From positions 991 through 64,990 of the forward strand of contig JAVBIX010000029.1 of assembly GCA_030756895.1 (NCBI GenBank): a DNA stretch of 64,000 nucleotides, given 5' to 3'. This DNA comes from Synechococcus sp. SP2 MAG. Lineage in GTDB: Bacteria; Cyanobacteriota; Cyanobacteriia; PCC-6307; Cyanobiaceae. Numbering within the stretch: the first letter of the stretch is position 1; every line of letters begins with the position of its first letter. Of the stretch, positions 18,994 through 27,593 are shown one piece after another. The position numbers and the translations under genes are program-made. Below the pieces are notes generated by a model. It saw only the letters and a program-made list of their open reading frames with translations. It did not search any database and had not been told where the DNA came from.

Positions 18994-19467
18994 TCATTGA
19001 TCGCTTGTTGGATGCTCTGAGCAGGGCATCCAGAAGTCACCCATTGCGTGGGCCCCTTTGCAGCCTTGAGCGGTGGCCTGTGCTTCTGCTTCGGCCTTCG
19101 TGGGGTAAGCCATGAACCTTGGGTCATCACTTTCTTGATGTTGGTTTGGCTGGCCATGGTTATGACCGCTGTGGTCCGTTCTGCTCTTGCCTATTTGTAC
19201 GAGGCCCATGCTCATCGGTCCTGCTGTCCAAACGCCCATGGTGTTAACCCCGATCGCCAGCAGTCCCATGCCTACGACCGACAGGTTGATCACCCCCATC
19301 GCAACGACCCCGATCGAGACCACTCCCATTGGAACCACCCCGATACAAATCACCCCCATTGGAACAACTCCGATCGAGACCGTTCCAAGCGGAGCAATTC
19401 CGATTGCGAATTTCTTTGGCTTCGTGCCGCAGTGTCCCCCGCTGGTTTTTGGGTCTGAATCAATCAT
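18994..19467 (-). CDS. Gly/Met decapeptide-repeat protein with His patch and DUF3721-like C-terminus
   Basis: About 7 x (IGVVPMGVxS) repeats, DHSGHNHG, then YPTKAEAEAQA..QGCKGAHAMGDFWMPC. Confidence 0.75.
   Translation of the reverse strand: MIDSDPKTSGGHCGTKPKKFAIGIAPLGTVSIGVVPMGVICIGVVPMGVVSIGVVAMGVINLSVVGMGLLAIGVNTMGVWTAGPMSMGLVQIGKSRTDHSGHNHGQPNQHQESDDPRFMAYPTKAEAEAQATAQGCKGAHAMGDFWMPCSEHPTSDQ
19189..19404. repeat. Degenerate 30-bp tandem repeat (coding)
   Basis: Example units: cccatcgcaacgaccccgatcgagaccact / cccattggaaccaccccgatacaaatcacc / cccattggaacaactccgatcgagaccgtt. Confidence 0.8.
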
Positions 19468-19472
19468 TGATT
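19458..19472. promoter_or_regulatory. Perfect 7-1-7 palindrome AATCAAT-C-ATTGATT, candidate Fur-family operator
   Basis: Seen directly; overlaps the ATG at 19467 within the divergent 19467/19523 junction. Confidence 0.4.
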
Positions 19473-19522
19473 AATTATTACTGCTCTTGTGGCAAGCAGC
19501 AGGTTCCGTCAATCTGGTGAGT

Positions 19523-19786
19523 ATGGACCTTTCTGGCGTTACAGGCTTTCACGAAATTATCGTTCTCACACCCCGCGGATTTGAGGAGGGGTTGGACGCG
19601 GTCATGGCTGTACGAGAACAACGCACAGTTCTGCTCAACCTCTCGGAGATGGAGGCAAAACTTGCTCAGCGCACCGCTGACTTCGTTTCAGGGGGCGTCT
19701 ATGCCTTACAGGGTCAAGAGCGACGCGTGGGAGAGCGGGTGTTGTTATTCGCGCCGGGCTCTGTTGATATCGATCAGCTCAGTTGA
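19523..19786 (+). CDS. SepF-family core-domain protein (short paralog)
   Basis: P.GFEE...AV.AVREQRTVLLNL...AQRT.DFVSGG.YAL.G...RV...VLLFAP..V pattern. Confidence 0.75.
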   Translation: MDLSGVTGFHEIIVLTPRGFEEGLDAVMAVREQRTVLLNLSEMEAKLAQRTADFVSGGVYALQGQERRVGERVLLFAPGSVDIDQLS

Positions 19787-20756
19787 GCGCTCCACTACAG
19801 CTGGAGCCACCTCCAGCAGTGCATCCGAAACAGTGAGCGCCAACAGCAATGGGTTGGTCGTTGACGGATTTGGTTTGATGGAGGAGCTCATCCATGGTCT
19901 TTGGCCCAGTACGCACAGGAAGGCCTAACTGTTGATTGAAATCGCAGTCGAACAGGGTTCCGGTCCAACTGACACTAATTAAACTTCTGCACATTACTGA
20001 GTTGAGATTGTTGTCTCGATGAGCTTGATGGAGCAACGAGTAATAAGTCTCTAGCTCACCTCGGGCTTTCAATGTTTGAGCAAATCTCTGGATTGGCATG
20101 TTTGTGATTGTTAACAATCTACTGAAATGAATGCCATGATTTTGCAATAACTTTTCGCGATATAAGAGTTCTAGTTCACTTTGTGCTGGTGGCAGTTGTG
20201 CGCCTGAAGGATTAAACACTAAATCTAGTTCAAGCTTGCTATTGGGCAGTCCGTAACCCAGTGCATTTAAGCTTTGTAGTCCAGAAATACTGCGCTGAAA
20301 AACACCCAGGCCTCGTTGATTATCCACCCGCTCCTCTTCAAAACAAGGCAACGAGGCAACGACTTTCACTCCTTCATTGGCTAAAAATGCAGCCAAGTCT
20401 TCTTGACCAGGTTCTTGCAGGATCGTGAGATTGCAGCGATCAATGACTTGAACGCCAAGCTCCCGTGCATCGTGCACGAGGGATCGGAATTGGGGATGCA
20501 GTTCTGGAGCTCCTCCGGTTAAGTCAAGGCAGTTGAGTTTTAGCTTCTGGAGAACCTTGGGAATGAGATTGATCTGCTCTTCTTCCATCATTTCCGTCCG
20601 CCACGGTCCCGCATTCACATGACAATGGCTGCAGCTTTGATTGCAGCGGTAACCGAGATTGACTTGAAGCGTTTCAAGTTCGCCTCTGTTCAGGGCAGGG
20701 AAACGGTTTGCGCTTTGTTGGCGTTGCTGCTCAGTCGCTGGGGAGATGGAGGTCAA
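19779..20756 (-). CDS. arsS: Radical SAM protein, ArsS (arsenosugar biosynthesis) family
   Basis: TLQVNLGYRCNQSCSHCHV (CxxxCxxC), LDLTGGAPEL, DCDFNQ and C-terminal HCFGCTAG.GSSC.GAL. Confidence 0.8.
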   Translation of the reverse strand: MTSISPATEQQRQQSANRFPALNRGELETLQVNLGYRCNQSCSHCHVNAGPWRTEMMEEEQINLIPKVLQKLKLNCLDLTGGAPELHPQFRSLVHDARELGVQVIDRCNLTILQEPGQEDLAAFLANEGVKVVASLPCFEEERVDNQRGLGVFQRSISGLQSLNALGYGLPNSKLELDLVFNPSGAQLPPAQSELELLYREKLLQNHGIHFSRLLTITNMPIQRFAQTLKARGELETYYSLLHQAHRDNNLNSVMCRSLISVSWTGTLFDCDFNQQLGLPVRTGPKTMDELLHQTKSVNDQPIAVGAHCFGCTAGGGSSCSGALN

Positions 20757-20955
20757 GGTAAAGGGCGTAGAGGAGTGCTTGCTAGTACTTATGAGATCAA
20801 AACTCTATCTTTAGACAGCAGAGACTTGGGTGTGGAACCAGGCCCATCTTGTAATTAAGGACGCTCTGCTGAAGTCCTGTTGTCTTGATATGAAGCGCTG
20901 ATGTGTTCAACGCCTTTCTTGCTGTCTGCTCTGAATGCATTAATCAGGCAAAGCA

Positions 20956-22149
20956 TTAATGAGGCAACGTTTTAAACCAGTCCACGTACTCTTCTGGTCC
21001 TCCCTTCACGAGGCAGTCAAAACGCAGTGGGTCGTCTGGATCGCTGATTCCTGACAGCTGGCTGTCGCTCAAATTGGGCCGATCGACTTCACCATGGCTG
21101 CTGTCAACAAGAACAACACGGGCTGGGCGGTCATAACTTGCACCTAGTTGTTGAAGAAGGGTCAGAAATCCTCTGTCACTTCCTCCTCGCAGCCAACCAT
21201 CACCTGATGGACAGGGTGTGGACGTCACGGTGTCACCAACTCCAACCAGCATGGGAATGGCATCCCGTTCAATGCGCTGATGACAAAGATCAAGAAGGGC
21301 TTGATGGTCATGGGGGGCGGTGCGCACATTGAATGTGTCACCGAGCGGCGCTGTTCCGGTTTTCTGCGCGATGTGGCGATTGATGAGCACTAGCAATCCC
21401 ACTTCTTTAATCGCTCCCTTCAGCATGAATTGGATGTCGGTGGTTCCTACATCTCCAGGTTCTGAGGGTTTGATTCTTTCCTGACCAGTGGAATCGTGTC
21501 CCAGATTTGGGGCGACGTGTAGAAAAAATGACCTGGGTAGTCCAGCCGCTGTTGCGGCTGACATCAGGGAATCCATCAAATCGGACAGCATTAATTGCAG
21601 CTGTCTCTGCCGAACGACATCTCCTTTGATCCTGCTAAATAGACTGTTCAAGTTGATGGTTGGCGAGACCTGGGTATCAAGAATTGCGAGCTTGAGCTCT
21701 TCTTCGAGAGCTTGTCCTTGCAACTCTGGCAAGACTTGACTCAGCTTTAAGCGCAACAGATCTCCCATCCGTTGAGGTACGGATTCCAGAAAGCTCATTT
21801 CCTCATCGCTCACACCCGGGTGTGAGACGACTCCAAATCGATCTTGAAATTGAACCCCACCCGCGGCAAGTCCTGGTAGGTAGAGGCCCTCGCGTCGTGC
21901 CTTCTCGTTGTCGCCTAAAGCTTGTTCAACAAGTCGGTTCACACCACGGCGGCCCTCGTGCTCTCCGTTGGTCAGCACGCTGAACTGGTTTTGCATGCCT
22001 GCCGCAGCTTTCACGTAGTCAGCGCGAAGACTGCGTGTGAGCGGATCTTTGACGAGGGGCATGCAAACTCCGTCGAGGTCTTGCACGATCAGCAAGTCTG
22101 TCTCCACCCTCATTTCGTCGCGGAGTGCATCAAGGCTTAGTGCTGCCAT
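20956..22149 (-). CDS. stpA: Glucosylglycerol-phosphate phosphatase
   Basis: DLLIVQDLDGVCMPLVKDPL HAD motif, VLTNGEHEG.RGVNR, GVGDTVTS and RGGSDRGFL. Confidence 0.9.
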   Translation of the reverse strand: MAALSLDALRDEMRVETDLLIVQDLDGVCMPLVKDPLTRSLRADYVKAAAGMQNQFSVLTNGEHEGRRGVNRLVEQALGDNEKARREGLYLPGLAAGGVQFQDRFGVVSHPGVSDEEMSFLESVPQRMGDLLRLKLSQVLPELQGQALEEELKLAILDTQVSPTINLNSLFSRIKGDVVRQRQLQLMLSDLMDSLMSAATAAGLPRSFFLHVAPNLGHDSTGQERIKPSEPGDVGTTDIQFMLKGAIKEVGLLVLINRHIAQKTGTAPLGDTFNVRTAPHDHQALLDLCHQRIERDAIPMLVGVGDTVTSTPCPSGDGWLRGGSDRGFLTLLQQLGASYDRPARVVLVDSSHGEVDRPNLSDSQLSGISDPDDPLRFDCLVKGGPEEYVDWFKTLPH

Positions 22150-22267
22150 TGTTGAAACGATGTCCTTGCAGGAGTTTTGAAGGGGGTTGATAGCGAGAGG
22201 AGGTGGGATGGCCCAGATCTCCTATGTGGGCTGAGTGGTTTTAATTCTGTTCCATTGAGGAGACAAC

Positions 22268-22849
22268 TCAAGCTTTTGCCATGGCTTTGCGATAGGCGGG
22301 ACGACGCTCAACGCGTTTGATCGTTGCTTGGATTGATGGATAGGGGGCTAGATCGATGTAGGGAAACAACAAAGGCAAGTAGGCCAAATTGGCCTGAATG
22401 GCGCAATCTGCTGCTCCCCAGACGTTCCCAACCAGGGGTTGATTGGTCACTAATTGGCGATCTAGTTCTTTCATGAGTCGCGGAAATTCTTTCTCTCGAT
22501 GGCTGGGGACAAACAGGGCTATCGATAGGGTTGAGTTGGCAAACTGTAACCACTGGCTGGTTAAAGCTTTATTCTCAATTGTTTTAATGTCGTCGCTATA
22601 TTGTTCCGCTAAGTGCAAAAGAATTGCCCCGCTTTCAAAGAGCTTAAGTGGTTCTCCGTCTGGCATTGGAAAGTTTGAATCGATGAGTACTGGTAGTTTT
22701 CCAAATGGGTTAACTTTGAGGAATTCTGCCTGCAGGTTTTCGTCTTTATCGCGACTTAACTCAATTAATGAGTAGGAGATCTTTTTTTCTTCCATGTACC
22801 AACGAGGCAGGCTTGCTCGCGTTCTTGATCCTCCGTATAGCGTCAACAC
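22268..22849 (-). CDS. Glutathione S-transferase (copy 2)
   Basis: NPFGKLPV, LFESGAILLHLAE and WGAADCAI motifs. Confidence 0.9.
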   Translation of the reverse strand: MLTLYGGSRTRASLPRWYMEEKKISYSLIELSRDKDENLQAEFLKVNPFGKLPVLIDSNFPMPDGEPLKLFESGAILLHLAEQYSDDIKTIENKALTSQWLQFANSTLSIALFVPSHREKEFPRLMKELDRQLVTNQPLVGNVWGAADCAIQANLAYLPLLFPYIDLAPYPSIQATIKRVERRPAYRKAMAKA

Positions 22850-23415
22850 GATGGAATCCTCCTCTGATCGCCATAAAGTCTGGTGTGGCTTCGTGAGGGA
22901 GACCCCATCGCTATCACAGTTCCTGTTTTGCGTTTCATAGCCAATTTATGTCAAAGTACAATGGATTGAGTTCATCGATTGGTTCTCTGAGTGTGAAATT
23001 TGTTGTGGATAGATCTCGCGAGTGGAGAATTGTATAGTTGCTAATCGTTTTTAAACTAGTGTGTCGTATCTATTTTGATCGAAACAATATTTTCTGATTT
23101 ATAATGACTCTGGGCAGGATATTGATGGATCCTTTCCTTAGATTTCTGTACGGCGAATGGTTTTCCTTCCTTATTCGTCTCTATTCTTTACGCAGTTTTA
23201 ATCTTTGCTTGGAATCTGCGCCTTAGGTATGTCAATGCAAAGGCCGAGAACGCTCTAGCTGCCTTGTAAGTGGTGATTTGGGGACAAGATGATTCCAGCT
23301 CCAGTCTCTTCGTTCCAATTGCAGAGTTTGCACGGTAGCCCGTGTGGGTTCTCATCTCGAACATCGCGCCTAGCCAGGCCTTCTTTAGTGTTGGGGTGTG
23401 CAAAGTGGTGGGTTG

Positions 23416-24945
23416 ATGGAGAAGGTGCTGGATAGCAACTCATTTTTTTCACCGTCTCTTGATCGGGACGCCATCCATCGTCGAATTTTGGAGCTGGAAA
23501 AAGGCAAGGTTGGCCTTTACAGCGTGGGGCTCTATCCCGCCTCCCTGGCTTACAACTGCGCCATGCAGAAAAATAGTGAGGGTCACCTTTTGCTGGCTCC
23601 TCGCCCAGGTCGGGACTTGCTTGGCGCGTTCCCCGACGATGTGATTGAAGGCATGGACGAAGTCCATGTTGCAACGATTGAGGCTATGGCCACACACGAG
23701 CTTGCTGGCAAGCGTGTGACCAACTCATTAGCCGACCTGCTCATGCGTTGTGAGTTGGTGATCCTCAGTGCCAACAGCAATCACGTTGAGGATGATTTGC
23801 GAGAGGCTTGCCGGCTGCGCGCTGAGCTCAACAGAGAGCAGGTGGTGATCGCTTGTCTTTCAGGCTCCTTTGGTCACGACCAAATTGCCAATGAGTCTTA
23901 TGTGCTTTGCGAAAAAGAGCCCAATTTGGCTTTTTTCTCAGGCTTTCATCGTCATGGAGCCTTGCGAAATCCTCTTGATAGTTTCACGGCCAATTTTTGT
24001 CATCCCAATGCCTTAACGGCTTTGTTGGGGGCGCGTTTGCTTGATCGTCTGTCGCCAAATATTCAGGTTTCACCTGGTGTTCACAACGTGGAGGGCCAAT
24101 ACATCAAGGCGGCTAAAAATATGGCTTCTGTGTTTGCAGGCTTTGGCTATTCATTCCACAAACAAAATCCAGGCGTTCTGCCTACCTTGCTGACGCTGCT
24201 CTTGGATCAATGCCTGGATCAGGCCGCCACGGTCTCGATGGCTCGACGCGATCGTCAACGGTTATACAACCGACAGCCGTTTTCACTCACTGAACTGGGA
24301 TATGGGGTCCCCAGAATTGAAGCGGCCCTTATGCGGGAGGGGGATATGGAGAAGGTTCGAGACCATACCTTTGCCCAGCTCACGGCGATGGTTGCTGATG
24401 TGCGAGGCAGCATGATGATGCCTGTTTCGGGTAAACCAACGCGGAATTTTCAGGTTGGTCAGGTGCTCTCAGACCACATGCGTCTTGAGCAGCGCTGTCC
24501 TGAAAGCATGGAGGAATTGGAAGGGTGGTGTGAAGCTGCCGGTTTACGCAAGGGTGGCTTAGAGGGATTGAAGGCGTTGCGTTATTGGCCGCAAATTGCA
24601 CGTAAATATTCAATTCCTGTTCATGATGCATCCATGATTAATTTGCTTTATATGGCTATTTATGGGCGACAAGCAACTAAAGATGTTGCATTTTCAGTTA
24701 TGACAGATAGTCGCCAATTGTCTACTTACTGTCAGGAATCTGTGCGACCCACCCATAGCCGTCGTTATGCAGAGGCTTTGCAGAATCTGGATATGCCTGA
24801 AGCCATGGATCTTATTGTTAACGCCGTGATCGCTGATAATGCTCAACGCTTGATTCGAGGTGATTCTGGCCTAGAGGATATGGAAGTTGATGATGATCCT
24901 CCTGCTTACCTCCGTGCCATGAATGTGATTGAAAATGCGCTTTAA
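23416..24945 (+). CDS. Divergent NAD(P)-dependent glycerol-3-phosphate dehydrogenase (GpsA)-fold protein
   Basis: Collinear motifs KVGLYSVGLYPASLA, CELVILSANS, IKAAKNMASVFAG, MVADV, PTRNFQVG and LEGLKA. The ORF is strong; the fold is inferred by eye. Confidence 0.7.
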   Translation: MEKVLDSNSFFSPSLDRDAIHRRILELEKGKVGLYSVGLYPASLAYNCAMQKNSEGHLLLAPRPGRDLLGAFPDDVIEGMDEVHVATIEAMATHELAGKRVTNSLADLLMRCELVILSANSNHVEDDLREACRLRAELNREQVVIACLSGSFGHDQIANESYVLCEKEPNLAFFSGFHRHGALRNPLDSFTANFCHPNALTALLGARLLDRLSPNIQVSPGVHNVEGQYIKAAKNMASVFAGFGYSFHKQNPGVLPTLLTLLLDQCLDQAATVSMARRDRQRLYNRQPFSLTELGYGVPRIEAALMREGDMEKVRDHTFAQLTAMVADVRGSMMMPVSGKPTRNFQVGQVLSDHMRLEQRCPESMEELEGWCEAAGLRKGGLEGLKALRYWPQIARKYSIPVHDASMINLLYMAIYGRQATKDVAFSVMTDSRQLSTYCQESVRPTHSRRYAEALQNLDMPEAMDLIVNAVIADNAQRLIRGDSGLEDMEVDDDPPAYLRAMNVIENAL

Positions 24946-27593
24946 TCAATCATGATCAGTTTATTGGCAACAGATTTGTAGGGATCAGGATCACAACTTA
25001 AAACAATGATCTGTAGCCCCCTTGAGACGGCTTGTTGCAACATTTCCAAGACTCCCTGTAGGCGTTGAGCATCAGTGTTGGTGAAAGCATCGTCGAAGAG
25101 CAGAGGAAGACATCCTCCATGTCGTTCTTTGAGGGTGTCAGCAATAGCGATACGTAGAGCGGCATTCAGCTGTTCTTTCATTCCACCGCTCAGCTGGTCA
25201 AAGGAAAAGAGAGTTCCTTCACGCTGTAGGCCTAGTTGCTGTAGGCCATCCTGCGGGTCGTAATGGATTGAACAACTGTCTGCTGGGTTTCTCAGTAAGG
25301 GCTTAAGGACCTGATTGATGTTGTGTTTCAAAGGAGTGGAATAGCGCTGAGAGAGATCACTGCGAGCTTGTTGAAAACGCTGAAGTAGATGGCTACGGGC
25401 GCGGACCAAAAGTGCTTCTTGCTGTTCAGCTTGCGTTGCTAATTCGAGCTTTGCTGAAGTTTCGGCCACTGCTGAGTGGAGATCACTTTGTCCTAGAGAG
25501 TCGCAACGTTCTAGGAGTGCACCACGCTGGATTCCAAGCTCATGACGTTGCTCGGTGAGCTGATGTTCTAAGCGTTCAAGGGTCTCTAATTCTAGTTTCG
25601 GATCGCTGTTTTCTTGGTGTTGGTTAAGTCGCTGAAGGGCCTGAATATGGGCTTTTAATGTCAGCTGTTGAGCTGACAAGGTTTCAATTGATTGAGCGAG
25701 TTGTTCCTGAGATCCCACCTCTTGTTTAAGTGATTGCTGCTGCTTTAAGCGTTGCTCTTGCTCTGCTTTAAGACGCTCTTGCTGGAGACGCTTTTGTTGC
25801 CATTGTGTCTGTTGTGCATCGTGCTGAACTTCAAGTCTGCGAAGTTGTTTTTGATGGGTTTCGCTTTCATTTTTCACCGCTCGGTAGCGAATACGGCATT
25901 GTTCCAGCTCATTCTCATGATCTGACTCTTGTTTCAGATCACTAGTTGGAAGGCCTTGATTGAGTGCCTCCAACTGTAGGCGCAATTCCCCGAGGTTTGG
26001 AGCTTTTTGGCCTGTAGGAGGGATGAGTTGTTGGAGTTGGGCTTTTAAGAGTTCTTGTTGTTGGCGGAGAAGATTGCGTTTTTCGCTGCTTTGTTGAGCC
26101 TCCTCCAGCGAGTTTGCATTCCACAGTTTTAATCCAGCCTTTAATGCAATTTGAAGAGACTTTTGTGTGTGCTCGAGTGAAGCGAGTCCTGTGCCTTCAC
26201 CGGGGCTGATCTTTAGGCGCACATGGTCTCCAACATCAATGCGGAAGACACCTGCTTGATCACACGATTCACCTTCCTTTAATTTTGATCCCTCAATAGA
26301 AATGGTTTGATCTGCAGATTCCACCAGGACTGTGGAGGCCATGCTTTCGATGCGGATGGCTACGGCCCGGAGCTCCTCTTGAGTTTTATTCAGTTGCTGA
26401 AGGTCTTGGGCGCTACCGCCCTCAACCTTGTTGAACGCCGCGATGAGGTGTTGTTGTTGTTCGGTTAAGCGTTGGCGCTCCTCTTCCTGACGATCAAGCC
26501 TTTCAAGACGCTGTTGAAGTTCATCGCGGTCCTTTCGTTGTCTCAGCAACAGACCCTGTTCTTCTAAGGCCTGTCTCTGTTGCTCGAGTGTTGCCGTGTG
26601 CTGCTGTGCCTCTTTGATGTCGTTGCTTGCCAGGTTGCAGGTCGACTCAAAGTCTTTGAGTTCACGCTCCAAGTTGGCCAGGTTGTGTGAACAGGCCTTG
26701 CTGTCAGCCAACAGCTTGCAAAGCGTGGCGTTGGTCTTTTCGAATTGCTGTTGTTGGAGGGTGAGCGGCTTCAATTGTTGAAGCGCTTCCTGCAGCTGAA
26801 GCAATCGTTGGCGCTGCTGCCGGAGTACAGGTAACCGCTCAAGTTTCAAGTGGCGCAGCTTGTCTTCAACACGGTCGAGTTCCTCACATGACAGCTCAAA
26901 CGCCTGCAGTTGCTCAAGGCTTTCCCTGTGATGTTCTTTGGCTGCTTTAAGGGCCTCTTGACGCTTCCCAAGTTCGCTTTGCTGACGGACGCCTCGCGTG
27001 CTCAAGCTTTCAGACACGAGCCGTTCAAGTTGGGAGTGAACCCGTTGATCCAATGGCGATTGCAACGATTCCTCAGCCTGCTGTTCTAAGCATTCGATCA
27101 AATTATTGAGGTCGTAATGGTCATTACTCAGGCTCAGCAAGTCGCGACCCGAATCACCCTGTTTCACCCAAAGATGGGCCCAACGGCTGGGTAATGTTTT
27201 ATTCACTTGCCGGCTGTTGAGGATCTCGTCAACGCCGAGTAGGTGGGCTAATTGATCCTCAGCGGCTGATCCAATCAGGGCCACCTGACCCTTGGTTTCT
27301 AATTGGGTGGTGCCACTGGGACCGCTGAAGCGTTTGAGGAGGGTCCAGTGCTGTTCGCTTTCTTCAAATTCCAGTTTGATTTGGGGATGGCCGGCATGGA
27401 GCTGGGAGCGCAGGTCCTGCGCTGCTGTCCCACTGGATGCAGCACGCACAAACAGCGTTCGATGTAGAGCCTCCACCAAGGAACTTTTGCCGCTTTCATT
27501 GGCTCCGCCAATGACCGTTAACCCTGGAGCAAAGTCCAGAACCAAGTCTTGATGGCGGCGAACGCTGCTGAACTCACTGCGAATCAGCCGCAT
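24942..27593 (-). CDS. SMC/Rad50-like coiled-coil ATPase (SbcC/YhaN-like)
   Basis: Walker A GANESGKS, long Q/E/L coiled coil, signature LSGGMKEQ, Walker B LLFDDAF. Confidence 0.88.
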   Translation of the reverse strand: MRLIRSEFSSVRRHQDLVLDFAPGLTVIGGANESGKSSLVEALHRTLFVRAASSGTAAQDLRSQLHAGHPQIKLEFEESEQHWTLLKRFSGPSGTTQLETKGQVALIGSAAEDQLAHLLGVDEILNSRQVNKTLPSRWAHLWVKQGDSGRDLLSLSNDHYDLNNLIECLEQQAEESLQSPLDQRVHSQLERLVSESLSTRGVRQQSELGKRQEALKAAKEHHRESLEQLQAFELSCEELDRVEDKLRHLKLERLPVLRQQRQRLLQLQEALQQLKPLTLQQQQFEKTNATLCKLLADSKACSHNLANLERELKDFESTCNLASNDIKEAQQHTATLEQQRQALEEQGLLLRQRKDRDELQQRLERLDRQEEERQRLTEQQQHLIAAFNKVEGGSAQDLQQLNKTQEELRAVAIRIESMASTVLVESADQTISIEGSKLKEGESCDQAGVFRIDVGDHVRLKISPGEGTGLASLEHTQKSLQIALKAGLKLWNANSLEEAQQSSEKRNLLRQQQELLKAQLQQLIPPTGQKAPNLGELRLQLEALNQGLPTSDLKQESDHENELEQCRIRYRAVKNESETHQKQLRRLEVQHDAQQTQWQQKRLQQERLKAEQEQRLKQQQSLKQEVGSQEQLAQSIETLSAQQLTLKAHIQALQRLNQHQENSDPKLELETLERLEHQLTEQRHELGIQRGALLERCDSLGQSDLHSAVAETSAKLELATQAEQQEALLVRARSHLLQRFQQARSDLSQRYSTPLKHNINQVLKPLLRNPADSCSIHYDPQDGLQQLGLQREGTLFSFDQLSGGMKEQLNAALRIAIADTLKERHGGCLPLLFDDAFTNTDAQRLQGVLEMLQQAVSRGLQIIVLSCDPDPYKSVANKLIMID

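Noticed and set aside
19189-19404. Repeat array as a possible CRISPR
   Set aside because: The units are contiguous, degenerate and in frame, with no spacers and no cas genes.
19048-19474. Plus-strand ORFs with His/Asp or Pro/Thr decapeptide repeats (DHPHRNDPDR...; TTPIETTPIG...)
   Set aside because: These are alternative-frame readouts of the same 30-bp repeat. The minus-strand frame carries the recognisable C-terminal domain and codon-position pattern.
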